Source: an uncultured Gemmatimonadota bacterium (GTDB taxonomy: Bacteria > GCA-2686955). Taken from it: 35,112 bases of DNA. The translations under genes and the position numbers were made by a program. The stretch covers positions 1 to 35,112 of the forward strand of contig CAZBBK010000063.1 of the NCBI GenBank assembly GCA_964490075.1, written 5' to 3'. The notes under the pieces are model-generated. The model saw only the letters and a list, made by a program, of their open reading frames with translations, searched no databases and was not told the origin of the DNA. Shown in pieces: positions 8,203 to 16,769 of the stretch. Each line of letters opens with the position of its first letter. Position 1 is the first letter of the stretch.

Positions 8203-10494
8203 TCAGCCTCCCCCCAGCCCCTTTACCTCGGCCAGCTGCCGCGCCAGCTCCTTGGGATCGGTGGTCGGCAGGTTGCATACCCCGTCGCGACACAGATAGG
8301 CGGTCGCCCTGCCGCGCTCCGCCGAGCGCCCTTCGAGCAGCTCCAGGCCCTTGCTCTCTCGACCGTTGCCGACCAGCACCAGGTTCGGGCTGTAGGTCGA
8401 GGCGAGGCGGTCGAGCAGCCCCTTGGCCGAGAGCGGCGAGCCGTCGGGCGCGACGATCACCAACTCCTTGGCCTCGTCGTCGCGGAAATCGACTGCCAGC
8501 AGCAGTTCCGAGAGGGCGGCGGGGGAGCGGATCAGCAGCGCGGCGAAGGCCTTCAAGAGGGCGTCCCCCTTGGCGCGCAGGCGGTCGTCGCCGGTGATCG
8601 CCGCCAGGCGATAGAGGTTGCGCGCCGCCACCGAGTTGCCCGAGGGGATGGCGCCGTCGTGGGAGGGCCGCTCGCGCGCCAGCAGCTTCTCGGCACCCAG
8701 GGCGGTGAAACGGTAAGCGCCGGCCGGGTCGAGGAAGAGGCTGTCCTGCATCGTCTGCATGGCCAGCGCCTCGTTCAACCAGCCACGATCCCAGGTCGCC
8801 TCGAAGAGATCGATGCAGGCCGCGACCAGAAAGGCGTAGTCGTCCAGTACGCCGTCGTGGTGGGCGTCGTCGTCGGCCCAGGAACGCCGCAGCCGGCCCT
8901 CTTCGCGCAGGCAGAGCAGCAAGGTGCGCATGGCACGCTCGCCGACCCGCGCGTAGCGGGGCTCGCGCAGCACCAATCCGGCCCGCGCGAAGGCCGAGAT
9001 CATCAAACCGTTCCAGGCCGCCAGCACCTTCTCGTCGCGGGCCGGGGGGACGCGCAGGGCGCGCGCCTCGTAGAGCTCCCTGCGTGTCCGCGCGATCTGC
9101 GCCTCGAGCTCGGCCGGCGTGATCCCCAGCTCGGTCGCCACCAGCTCGGCCGGACGCGCCCGGTGCAGCACCGACTGGCCCTCGAAGTTGCCGGTCAGAG
9201 TGACGTTCCAGTAGGTGGATGCGATCCGCGCCAGCTTTTTGCCGAGCGCGGCGCTCAGCTCGGTCGGCGTCCAGACGAAGAAGCGCCCCTCCTCTCCTTC
9301 GCTGTCGGCGTCGGTGGCGCTGTAGAAGAGGCCTCCGGGCGAGGTCATCTCGCGCTCGACGTAGGCCAGGATCTCGCGTGCCACGGCCGCGAAGCGCTTG
9401 CGGCCCGAAGCCTGGTAGCCCTCGAGGTAGTCGAGGGTGAGCAGGGCGTTGTCGTAGAGCATCTTTTCGAAATGCGGCACGAGCCATTGAGCGTCGACGC
9501 TGTAGCGATGGAAGCCCCCGCCGACATGGTCGTAGATGCCGCCGTCCGCCATCCCTTCCAGGGTCTTCAGCGCCATCTCCAGCGAGTGGGCGTTGCCGGA
9601 GCGACGGTGGTGGCGCAGCAAGAGGCGGATCGGCAGGCTCGACGGGAACTTCGGCGCCCCGCGCAGCCCCCCGTTCACGGCGTCGAAGCGATCGCCGAAG
9701 AAGAGCGCGGCGGCTTGAATCGCGTCGCCGCCGGGCAGCTCGCCGGCCACCACCGGCGGCTCCAGCGCCGTTCGAATCGCCTCGGTCAGGCCCTCGGCGC
9801 TCTGGGCCACCTGGTCGGGCTGGGCGTCGTAGACCTGGCGCAGCCGATGGAGCAGAGTCAGAAAGCCGAGCTGAACCCCGCGCTCGCCGTCACGCGCGGG
9901 GATGTAGGTGTCGGCGTGGAAGGGGCGTCGATCGGGCGTGAGCCAGACCGTCATCGGCCAGCCGCCGCGCCCCTGGATGATTTGCACCGCGGTCATGTAG
10001 ATCGCGTCGACGTCGGGGCGCTCCTCGCGGTCGACCTTGATCGGCACGTAGAGCGAGTTCATCACTTCGGCGATCTGTCGATCTTCGAAGCTCTCGCGCT
10101 CCATCACGTGGCACCAGTGGCAGGTGGAGTAGCCGATCGAGAGCAACACCGGTTTGCCTTCGCGTCGGGCTCGCTCGAAGGCCTCGTCGCCCCAGGGGTA
10201 CCAGTCGACGGGATTGTGGGCGTGCTGGCGCAGATAGGGGCTCGACTCCAGCAGCAGCCGGTTGCTGTAGCGGGGCCAGCCGCCCTCCTGGGCGTGGTGC
10301 AGATGAGAGGGCGGGCCCTCGCGCAGCACCGCGGCGTCGAGGCGTTCGACCAGCTCCGGCGGGCGCGCGGCGGCGCCGGGCGGGGTGGTTCCGGAGGGGG
10401 CGCCCGGTCCGGGCGGGTCGATCGAGTGCGAAGAGGAGGCGAAGAAGGTCACCAGAGTCACTCCGGCCAGTAGACTTTTCGCCGTTCGGGGCAC
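8203..10494 (-). CDS. Thioredoxin-domain protein (YyaL/SPATA20, DUF255) with six-hairpin glycosidase-like domain
   Basis: [85 protein letters not shown]. Start uncertain; GTG at 10494 gives a signal-like N-terminus. Confidence 0.9.
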   Translation of the reverse strand: MPRTAKSLLAGVTLVTFFASSSHSIDPPGPGAPSGTTPPGAAARPPELVERLDAAVLREGPPSHLHHAQEGGWPRYSNRLLLESSPYLRQHAHNPVDWYPWGDEAFERARREGKPVLLSIGYSTCHWCHVMERESFEDRQIAEVMNSLYVPIKVDREERPDVDAIYMTAVQIIQGRGGWPMTVWLTPDRRPFHADTYIPARDGERGVQLGFLTLLHRLRQVYDAQPDQVAQSAEGLTEAIRTALEPPVVAGELPGGDAIQAAALFFGDRFDAVNGGLRGAPKFPSSLPIRLLLRHHRRSGNAHSLEMALKTLEGMADGGIYDHVGGGFHRYSVDAQWLVPHFEKMLYDNALLTLDYLEGYQASGRKRFAAVAREILAYVEREMTSPGGLFYSATDADSEGEEGRFFVWTPTELSAALGKKLARIASTYWNVTLTGNFEGQSVLHRARPAELVATELGITPAELEAQIARTRRELYEARALRVPPARDEKVLAAWNGLMISAFARAGLVLREPRYARVGERAMRTLLLCLREEGRLRRSWADDDAHHDGVLDDYAFLVAACIDLFEATWDRGWLNEALAMQTMQDSLFLDPAGAYRFTALGAEKLLARERPSHDGAIPSGNSVAARNLYRLAAITGDDRLRAKGDALLKAFAALLIRSPAALSELLLAVDFRDDEAKELVIVAPDGSPLSAKGLLDRLASTYSPNLVLVGNGRESKGLELLEGRSAERGRATAYLCRDGVCNLPTTDPKELARQLAEVKGLGGG

Positions 10495-10498
10495 GGAA

Positions 10499-10735
10499 TC
10501 AGTCCCCGGTCTTGGCGCCCCGCGACAGGGTGTCGATGCGCGCGGGGGCGTTGTCGGGCGGGGTCGGCTGCGCGAGCTCGGGCTCTCCCTCGAACTCCCA
10601 GTCTGGAAAGCGTGTGCGGATCTTCCGCATGAAGATCTTGGCGCTGAACTCTCGAAACAGGAACACGCGCTCCTCTTCCGAATCGCCGAGCTTGCGTCGC
10701 CCGACGATCTTGAAGAGGTGGTTCTGGCTGGGCAC
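10499..10735 (-). CDS. Hypothetical small protein (78 aa)
   Basis: Protein-like composition (K/F/E-rich, unlike shadow frames); gaaagg upstream of the GTG; ends 4 nt before the next start on the same strand. Confidence 0.55.
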   Translation of the reverse strand: MPSQNHLFKIVGRRKLGDSEEERVFLFREFSAKIFMRKIRTRFPDWEFEGEPELAQPTPPDNAPARIDTLSRGAKTGD

Positions 10736-10885
10736 GAAAAGACCTTTCCCGAGGGATGCGAAGCGGCGAAACAGGGTTCGGGGATCATAACGGGTCGGAT
10801 CGGATTCCCTGTCCAGTTTCGGAGCCGCCGTGCCGATCTTCAGGGAAGGAACGAATCGCGTCGATCAAACCGGAGCACCGCCCCC

Positions 10886-10966
10886 ATGCAGTGGCTGTAC
10901 CGTATCTTCCTCGCTTCGCTCGCCACCTGGATCGTCCTCGCCGCGCGAGCCGCCGAAGGGATTTGA
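10886..10966 (+). CDS. Possible 26-aa hydrophobic small protein MQWLYRIFLASLATWIVLAARAAEGI
   Basis: ggag upstream of the ATG, one hydrophobic segment, stop lies 15 nt from the convergent imm-like stop. Confidence 0.35.
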   Translation: MQWLYRIFLASLATWIVLAARAAEGI

Positions 10967-10981
10967 TCGCCGCCTCTCTGG

Positions 10982-11212
10982 CTAGAGGCGTTGGCTGTCC
11001 CCGTCGAAGCCGGTCCGGGGTGCCGCGGGGACATCCGAGCGCAGCGACCACCACAGCGCCAGCGCCCAGGCCGCCAGGGTCCACCCGGCGAGCACGTTGA
11101 CCACCAGGATCCGCGGAGCGCGCGGATGGCGCCGGAACAGTGCCACCAGCGAAGGGGCCAGGTAGACCCCCAGGCAGAGGGCGAAGAGCAGCTGGACGGT
11201 CTGAGAGTTCAT
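10982..11212 (-). CDS. Superinfection immunity protein (T4 Imm-like membrane protein)
   Basis: YLAPSLVALFRRHPRAPRILVVNVLAGWTLAAWALALWWSL matches the family pattern Y-x-x-P-x-x-x-A-x-x-R-x-H...N-x-x-x-GWT-x-x-x-W-x-x-AL-x-W. Confidence 0.8.
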   Translation of the reverse strand: MNSQTVQLLFALCLGVYLAPSLVALFRRHPRAPRILVVNVLAGWTLAAWALALWWSLRSDVPAAPRTGFDGDSQRL

Positions 11213-11323
11213 CGAGAGTCCCGGGGCTCCCTCGTCCAACGAGGGAGGAAGCGAGTCCGCACACCCTATCGATCGGCGTGACGCGGGGCCCGGTTGATTC
11301 GCATGCCATGCTACCTTGGCGCC

Positions 11324-11689
11324 ATGCCGGGCACGCACGCGACGAATGACGATGCCGCGCTTGCGGCCGCGCTGCGATCCGCCCGCGAAGCGCTGGAGCG
11401 TCCCGGCGCACCGGACGAGCTGAGCCGGTCGCTCGCGACCTGCGCGGCGGCGATCGATGCGTCGGCCCTCGAAGAGCGGATGGCGGCAGCCTGCCCGCGT
11501 GCCCGCCGCTACCTCGAGGAGCTGCGCGCCGATCGCGCGCGGCTGCTGGCCGAGCTCGATGCGCGACCCGGACGCTCCAGACGAGGCCGCGCCGCCGGCG
11601 CCGATCCCGAGCGAGGGGCGGCACTGCTGCGGGCCTGGCGCCACCACCTCGACTCGATCGCCCGTCTGCGGGAGCGCGCGACGCGTTGA
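11324..11689 (+). CDS. Hypothetical all-helical protein (~121 aa)
   Basis: Fills the gap between the imm-like gene and the dehydrogenase stop; preceded by TGCTACCTT-N6-ATG (possibly leaderless). Confidence 0.5.
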   Translation: MPGTHATNDDAALAAALRSAREALERPGAPDELSRSLATCAAAIDASALEERMAAACPRARRYLEELRADRARLLAELDARPGRSRRGRAAGADPERGAALLRAWRHHLDSIARLRERATR

Positions 11690-11692
11690 GGG

Positions 11693-12811
11693 TTAGAAAA
11701 GCCGGACCACCGCCTCCGCCACGTCGGTGGTGGACGCCTCGCCGCCCATGTCGTAGGTGCGGACCTCGCCGCCGCGGATCACCTCGGCGATCGCCTTCTC
11801 CAGGCGCCCGGCCTTTTCGGACTCGCCCAGCCAGTCGAGCATCAGCTTGCTGGTGAGCAGCATCGCCATCGGGTTGACCTTGTTCTTGCCGGCGTACTTC
11901 GGCGCCGAGCCGTGGGTCGGCTCGAACACCGCGTAGTTGTCACCGATGTTGCCGCTGGCCGCGAAACCGAGCCCGCCGACGAGCTGGGCGCAGAGGTCGG
12001 AAATGATGTCGCCGAACATATTGGCCGCCACCAGCACGCCATAGTCCTGCGGGTTCTTGACCAGCCACATGCACATCGCGTCGATGTTGGCCTCCCACAG
12101 GTCGATGCCGGGGTAGTCGCGTGCCACCTCGCGCGCCATGCGCACCATCAGACCCGAGGTCTCGCGCAGCACGTTCGGCTTCTCGACCACCGTCACGGTC
12201 GGATAGCCGTGGGTCTTGGCATACTCGAAAGCCTGGTTGGCGATGTTGCGGGCGCCGTTGCGGGTGATCACCCGGATCGACATGGCGATGTCGTCGAGCG
12301 GCACGTCGGCGAAGCGGCGCATCTTCGGATGGTTGCGAGTCAGCACATCCATCACCTCGGCCGGCAGCGGGTTGAACTCGATCCCGACGTAGAGACCCTC
12401 GGTGTTCTCGCGGAACACCACCAGGTCGATGTCGTCGCGGAGATTCAGCGGGTTTCCGCCGAAGGCCTTGCAAGGGCGCAAATTGGTGTGCAGGTTGAAT
12501 TCCTGGCGCAGGCGCACGATGGGGCTGGAGTAGACCAGTCCCTTGGTCCGCAGCTCGGGATCGAGCGCGGCCTGCGCCTCTTCCTTGGGCATCGAGGTGA
12601 TGGCGCCGAAGAGCGCGCAGTCGGTCGTGCGCAGCAGCTCCAGGGTGCGGTCGGGGAGCGGGTTGCCTTCGTGCTTCCAGAATTCCCAGCCGATATCGGC
12701 GTGGACATATTCGGCATCGAGGCCGATTGCATCGAGCACCATTCGCGCGGCATCCATGACATCGTTGCCGATGCCGTCGCCGGGCATCCAGGCGATCCTG
12801 TACTGAGCCAT
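11693..12811 (-). CDS. Isocitrate/isopropylmalate dehydrogenase family enzyme, homoisocitrate dehydrogenase-like
   Basis: PGDGIG, YSSPIVRLRQEFNLHTNLRP (recalls fungal Lys12 YSSPIVALRR), RENTEGLY, KPNVL, NMFGDIISDL, FEPTHGSAPKYAG, NPMAM; ggagga RBS. Confidence 0.88.
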   Translation of the reverse strand: MAQYRIAWMPGDGIGNDVMDAARMVLDAIGLDAEYVHADIGWEFWKHEGNPLPDRTLELLRTTDCALFGAITSMPKEEAQAALDPELRTKGLVYSSPIVRLRQEFNLHTNLRPCKAFGGNPLNLRDDIDLVVFRENTEGLYVGIEFNPLPAEVMDVLTRNHPKMRRFADVPLDDIAMSIRVITRNGARNIANQAFEYAKTHGYPTVTVVEKPNVLRETSGLMVRMAREVARDYPGIDLWEANIDAMCMWLVKNPQDYGVLVAANMFGDIISDLCAQLVGGLGFAASGNIGDNYAVFEPTHGSAPKYAGKNKVNPMAMLLTSKLMLDWLGESEKAGRLEKAIAEVIRGGEVRTYDMGGEASTTDVAEAVVRLF

Positions 12812-12849
12812 TGTTCCTCCAAGGGACGAGTCGTGGTGTGAAACACTGA

Positions 12850-12878
12850 AGGCTACCGTCCACTATCGGGGACTGCAA
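12850..12878 (-). promoter_or_regulatory. Sigma70-type promoter for the dehydrogenase gene
   Basis: Minus strand TTGCAG-N17-TAGCCT, about 40 nt upstream of the ATG at 12811. Confidence 0.5.
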
Positions 12879-12891
12879 GGAATGGGGCGCC

Positions 12892-15252
12892 TCAGAGAGG
12901 GTCCCGGCGAGGTCGCCGGGACCCTGCTTCGGGCTTTGGGCCCGGACATCGGACATCAAGGGCGGACCGCGTGGTTGGCGAGCGATCGAGCCGAGTGAAA
13001 GCCGACGACGTTGCCGGGATTCTGCCGCCTCGGCGCGTACGATCCTCTTCCGCCCCCAACCACAGGTCGCCGCCGGGACCGCCGTAGGCGCCCATGTCGG
13101 GATCGGCTCCGTTGCCGGCGCCGTAGCCCGCGTGGAAATCGGACCAGGGGATCGCGTCGGGATCGCCTTGCCCGGCGTCGATGCAGGGGGAGCCGGGGAG
13201 CAGCAGGTAAGGAACATCCGTCCAGGTGAAGAAACGCGGATCGGCGTCGATATTGCCCGGACCCGCCCAGCCGCCTTCCACGTCGCTGTAGCGGACCAGG
13301 GGGGTGCCGAATCCGATCACGTCGATCTGCCCGGGCGTATTGCCCCAGACGATGCTGTTGTGGAAGATCATCGTGGAGTTCCACGACAGGATGGCGGCCC
13401 TGGACGGTCGCTGCGCGTGGTTGTTCACGATGGTGCAGTTCGAGAATACCGGCGCTGAGTCGTAGCACTCGATGGGCTCATCGTCGCCGACATTGTCGCT
13501 GATGAGACAGTTATGGATGAGTGGAGAGGAGGAGGCGCCGCACTTCATCACGGTATTGGCAAACCCACCTTCGTTGTCGCGGATCACGCAGCCCGAGATG
13601 GTGGGAGAAGAGATGTTGCAATAGATGGCGGCACCCAAGGGCTCGATGGAGTTGGCGACGATTTCACATCGGGTGAGTGTCGCGTTCGAGTGCCGGAAGT
13701 GGATGCAGCCGGTCGTGCCTGCCGAGTTGCCGGTGATCAGGCAGCGATCGATGAGCGGGCTGCCCTCGTTGCAGTACAGCGCCGTGACGCCTCCGGTGAG
13801 GGTCAGGCCCACCAGGCGCTGTTCCTTGACTCTGGACGGCGTGAACCGGATCAGGTCCCGCCCCCCGCCTTCGATGGCGGTAGCGGCCACCACTGCCGGA
13901 TCGTCGGGATCGGAGCCCCTGAGCTCCAGATCCAGAGCCGGGATCACCAGCTCGGGCTCGGGATAGGTGCCGGGATCGACGACGATCGTGTCCCCTGCGC
14001 AGGCCGCCCGGAGCGCCGCGCGAAGGGTGGCGTGGTCCGCCGGGACCCGAAGACGCGCCGGCACATGCACACTGGGCACGCTGCAGTCCTCGCCCCATGC
14101 GCCCATGTCGGCACCTGAGAATCCGTTTCCGAGGCAGGGCGAGTCGGCCGCGACACCAAAGCTGCGGAGTCGATCGCAGGCACCATCGCAGAATCGCGGA
14201 TCGGCGTCGATGTTCCCCTCTCCGGGCCATCCATCCCGCACATCGGAGTAGGTGATGCTCGCATCGCCGTCGGCGTCAGCTCCGATCTCCAGCGGAGCGT
14301 TGTTCCAGACGACACAATTGATCAGGCTCGGAAACCCCTCCTGGTCGCAGTAGAGCCCGCCGCCTTCCGAGCCCCAGTTGCCGGCGATCGTGGAGCTCGA
14401 GATCAACGGCGCGCCGAAGGCGCAGTAGATACCGCCGCCACCGCTCGCGGTCGCTACGTTGTCTACGATGGTGCAGCGGATCAGCTCGCTCGATCTCTCT
14501 GCATCGCTCCAGAACATCACGCCTCCCCCGTGCATCGCCCAATTGCGGGAGATCTCGCAGTCTACGAGGGTCGGACCGGAGCGGTAATTGGTGCCGATGC
14601 CGCCGCCGGAGCTCGCGCTTCGATTGTCCACGATTCTGCAGCGCCGAATCAGCGGCCGGGAGCGGAACATACAGGCGATGCCCGCGCCCCGGCCTTGCGC
14701 CGTGTTGTTGGCGATGGTGCACTCCTCGATCGTTGGGGACGCATGGTCGCAACAGATCCCTCCGCCATCCGACGACAGGTATTCGGAGCCGCCCGGCACC
14801 TCGTTGCCCCGCACCACGCAACGCCAGATGCGCGGCGACGCGCCCTTGCAGAAGATCCCTCCGCCCCAGCGGTAGTCCCAGAAGAGACCCCGATCGACCT
14901 TCGACCCGGTGCCGCCCGTGAGCGTGAATCCGGCCAGCACCGACCCCGGGCCTTCGCCGTCGACGAATCTCACGACCGAGCACAGATCCCAGCACGAGGC
15001 GGTCGACGCGTCGATCACGGTCGCGGCCACCACGCACGAGTCCCAGGGCGCTTCGCTGGTCACCGTGACGGCCTTGCCGTGGTACTGGATCGCCTCGGAG
15101 TAGGTTCCGGGAGCGACCAGCACCGTGTCACCGTCCGACGCGGCGTCGATTCCCGATTGGATCGTGGCTTGGTCCGCGGGAATCTGGATCGTCGCCGCGG
15201 AAGCGGCGGAAGCGAGAGCAAGCGCGATCAGCGCAAAGCGATTCTTCGTCAT
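12892..15252 (-). CDS. Secreted right-handed parallel beta-helix (pectin-lyase-like) repeat protein with a duplicated module
   Basis: Signal peptide MTKNRFALIALALASAASA; two modules starting IPADQATIQSGIDAASDGDTVLVAPGTY and VPADHATLRAALRAACAGDTIVVDPGTY, each ending GNIDADPRF...SPC...DMGA; many GGGI-x-C / C-x-I-x-x-N repeats. Confidence 0.8.
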   Translation of the reverse strand: MTKNRFALIALALASAASAATIQIPADQATIQSGIDAASDGDTVLVAPGTYSEAIQYHGKAVTVTSEAPWDSCVVAATVIDASTASCWDLCSVVRFVDGEGPGSVLAGFTLTGGTGSKVDRGLFWDYRWGGGIFCKGASPRIWRCVVRGNEVPGGSEYLSSDGGGICCDHASPTIEECTIANNTAQGRGAGIACMFRSRPLIRRCRIVDNRSASSGGGIGTNYRSGPTLVDCEISRNWAMHGGGVMFWSDAERSSELIRCTIVDNVATASGGGGIYCAFGAPLISSSTIAGNWGSEGGGLYCDQEGFPSLINCVVWNNAPLEIGADADGDASITYSDVRDGWPGEGNIDADPRFCDGACDRLRSFGVAADSPCLGNGFSGADMGAWGEDCSVPSVHVPARLRVPADHATLRAALRAACAGDTIVVDPGTYPEPELVIPALDLELRGSDPDDPAVVAATAIEGGGRDLIRFTPSRVKEQRLVGLTLTGGVTALYCNEGSPLIDRCLITGNSAGTTGCIHFRHSNATLTRCEIVANSIEPLGAAIYCNISSPTISGCVIRDNEGGFANTVMKCGASSSPLIHNCLISDNVGDDEPIECYDSAPVFSNCTIVNNHAQRPSRAAILSWNSTMIFHNSIVWGNTPGQIDVIGFGTPLVRYSDVEGGWAGPGNIDADPRFFTWTDVPYLLLPGSPCIDAGQGDPDAIPWSDFHAGYGAGNGADPDMGAYGGPGGDLWLGAEEDRTRRGGRIPATSSAFTRLDRSPTTRSALDVRCPGPKPEAGSRRPRRDPL

Positions 15253-15329
15253 TGGGGATTCATCCTGCGGTTGGGGGCGGGCGCACATAGCACGCACCTT
15301 CGACCGAGGGGACGTTTCCGGTCGCCCCA

Positions 15330-16649
15330 CTACTCTAACCCGGACCTCTCCCAGATCTCGAAAGCTCCCGCTCGATGGCCGGCCTCGTCGTCATCCGGGG
15401 CGCCGATCAAGAGTTCGAAGCGCCCGTCTCGATCGAGATCGAAACCACCCGCCAGGGTGTGGCCCCACGATGCCTCGGGACGAGTCCCGTGGAGCTTCAC
15501 CAGGGGCAGCTGCTGCAGTGTCGCGCCCGGGCCGCCGGCGAAGATCGCGACGGTCCCCTTGGTGTCGTTGGCGCCCGGCGCCGAAATCGCCAGGTCGACG
15601 ATTCCGTCCCCGCTGAAGTCGGTTCCGCCGGCGATCGACGCCCCAAAAAACCCGCCCTTCTCGCGACCGACCAGCGTGTCGACGATCACCGGCTCGGGAT
15701 CGACGCCGTGCAGCACTCCGACCCAGCCGAGCAGACCGCGCCCGCCCCCATGGAAACGCGGCGCGCCGAAGGCGAAATCTGGCACGCCATCCAGATCCCA
15801 GTCGCCGGCCGCGGCCAGAGCGTAGGAGAACCACGACTCCGGCGCCGGTCCCTCGATCCGCACGCGAGATCCGTCCAGTATCAGAAAGGCCCGCCCCCGA
15901 GTGTTGGTGTGGCGGGCGAAGATATCGTGGTCGCCGACCACCAGGTCATCGCACTGATCGCCGTCCAGATCCCCGGCGGGCGCCAGCCGCGAGCCGAGGT
16001 TGGAGGTGACCTGCGGATTTCCCTCCACAACCTGGTCGGGCCAGGGGTCGAGATCGGGGCCGCCGTGGAAGGTCCAGATCGCGCCGGCCCACTCGTCGGC
16101 CCCGTCGTCCGCCCCCACGACGATATCGTGCCAACCGTCGCCGTCGGCGTCGTGGGCCGCCACGCTGTAGCCGAAGTAGTCGCGCTCGAGCGCCCCGTAG
16201 AGCAGGAGATTCGGCAGCGTCGAGACACCCCGCGGGCTCCCGAAATGCACCTGAACGCCCGAGGGGGGATTCTTGAAGGGGGCGCCGATGAGCAGATCGT
16301 CGATGCCGTCGCCGTTGACGTCCTCCTCCCCGAACACCGAGTAGCCGGAATGGCCCCACCCCCAGGCTCCCGGCACGATCTGCTGCTCGGGTGGGATTCG
16401 GCCGGAGTAGAAGACCTCCACGCCGCCGCGCCGATCGGAGCTGCGGTGGGAGCTGACCGCCAAGTCGTCCCATCCGTCGCCGTTCCAGTCGCCGCTGGTG
16501 AAGGCGTAGCCGAGTGATGCGTCGGACTCGCGGCCCAGGCGCCGCATGACGAGATACCAATCGGCGTCGGCGGGCGCCGGAGGTTGCTCCGCCGGACCCC
16601 CCGCGCCCAGTGCGAGCGCCGCACAGTGGGCGAAAATACAGATCGACAT
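15330..16649 (-). CDS. FG-GAP / integrin-alpha-like beta-propeller repeat protein, likely secreted
   Basis: Seven Ca-binding repeats of type GD-x-[ND]-GDG-x-x-D-L-x-x-GAP (DWNGDGWDD, DVNGDGIDDLLIGAP, DADGDGWHD, DLDGDQCDD, DWDLDGVPD, DFSGDGIVD, DLDRDGRFE). Confidence 0.85.
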   Translation of the reverse strand: MSICIFAHCAALALGAGGPAEQPPAPADADWYLVMRRLGRESDASLGYAFTSGDWNGDGWDDLAVSSHRSSDRRGGVEVFYSGRIPPEQQIVPGAWGWGHSGYSVFGEEDVNGDGIDDLLIGAPFKNPPSGVQVHFGSPRGVSTLPNLLLYGALERDYFGYSVAAHDADGDGWHDIVVGADDGADEWAGAIWTFHGGPDLDPWPDQVVEGNPQVTSNLGSRLAPAGDLDGDQCDDLVVGDHDIFARHTNTRGRAFLILDGSRVRIEGPAPESWFSYALAAAGDWDLDGVPDFAFGAPRFHGGGRGLLGWVGVLHGVDPEPVIVDTLVGREKGGFFGASIAGGTDFSGDGIVDLAISAPGANDTKGTVAIFAGGPGATLQQLPLVKLHGTRPEASWGHTLAGGFDLDRDGRFELLIGAPDDDEAGHRAGAFEIWERSGLE

Positions 16650-16769
16650 ATCGGTCCCCAGACCGCGACTCGCTCGTCCAAGACGGCCGCTCTCTGGCGC
16701 GGCCCGTCCGGCGCCCCATGCTGTCGGACAGCTATAGCGTAACCCAGAAAGGGGGCCGGCAAAACGGGA

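Noticed and set aside
6785-9487. 900-aa ORF as an extended FadL-like protein
   Set aside because: The upstream half overlaps the thioredoxin-domain gene in another frame; signal peptide and RBS place the start at 8128.
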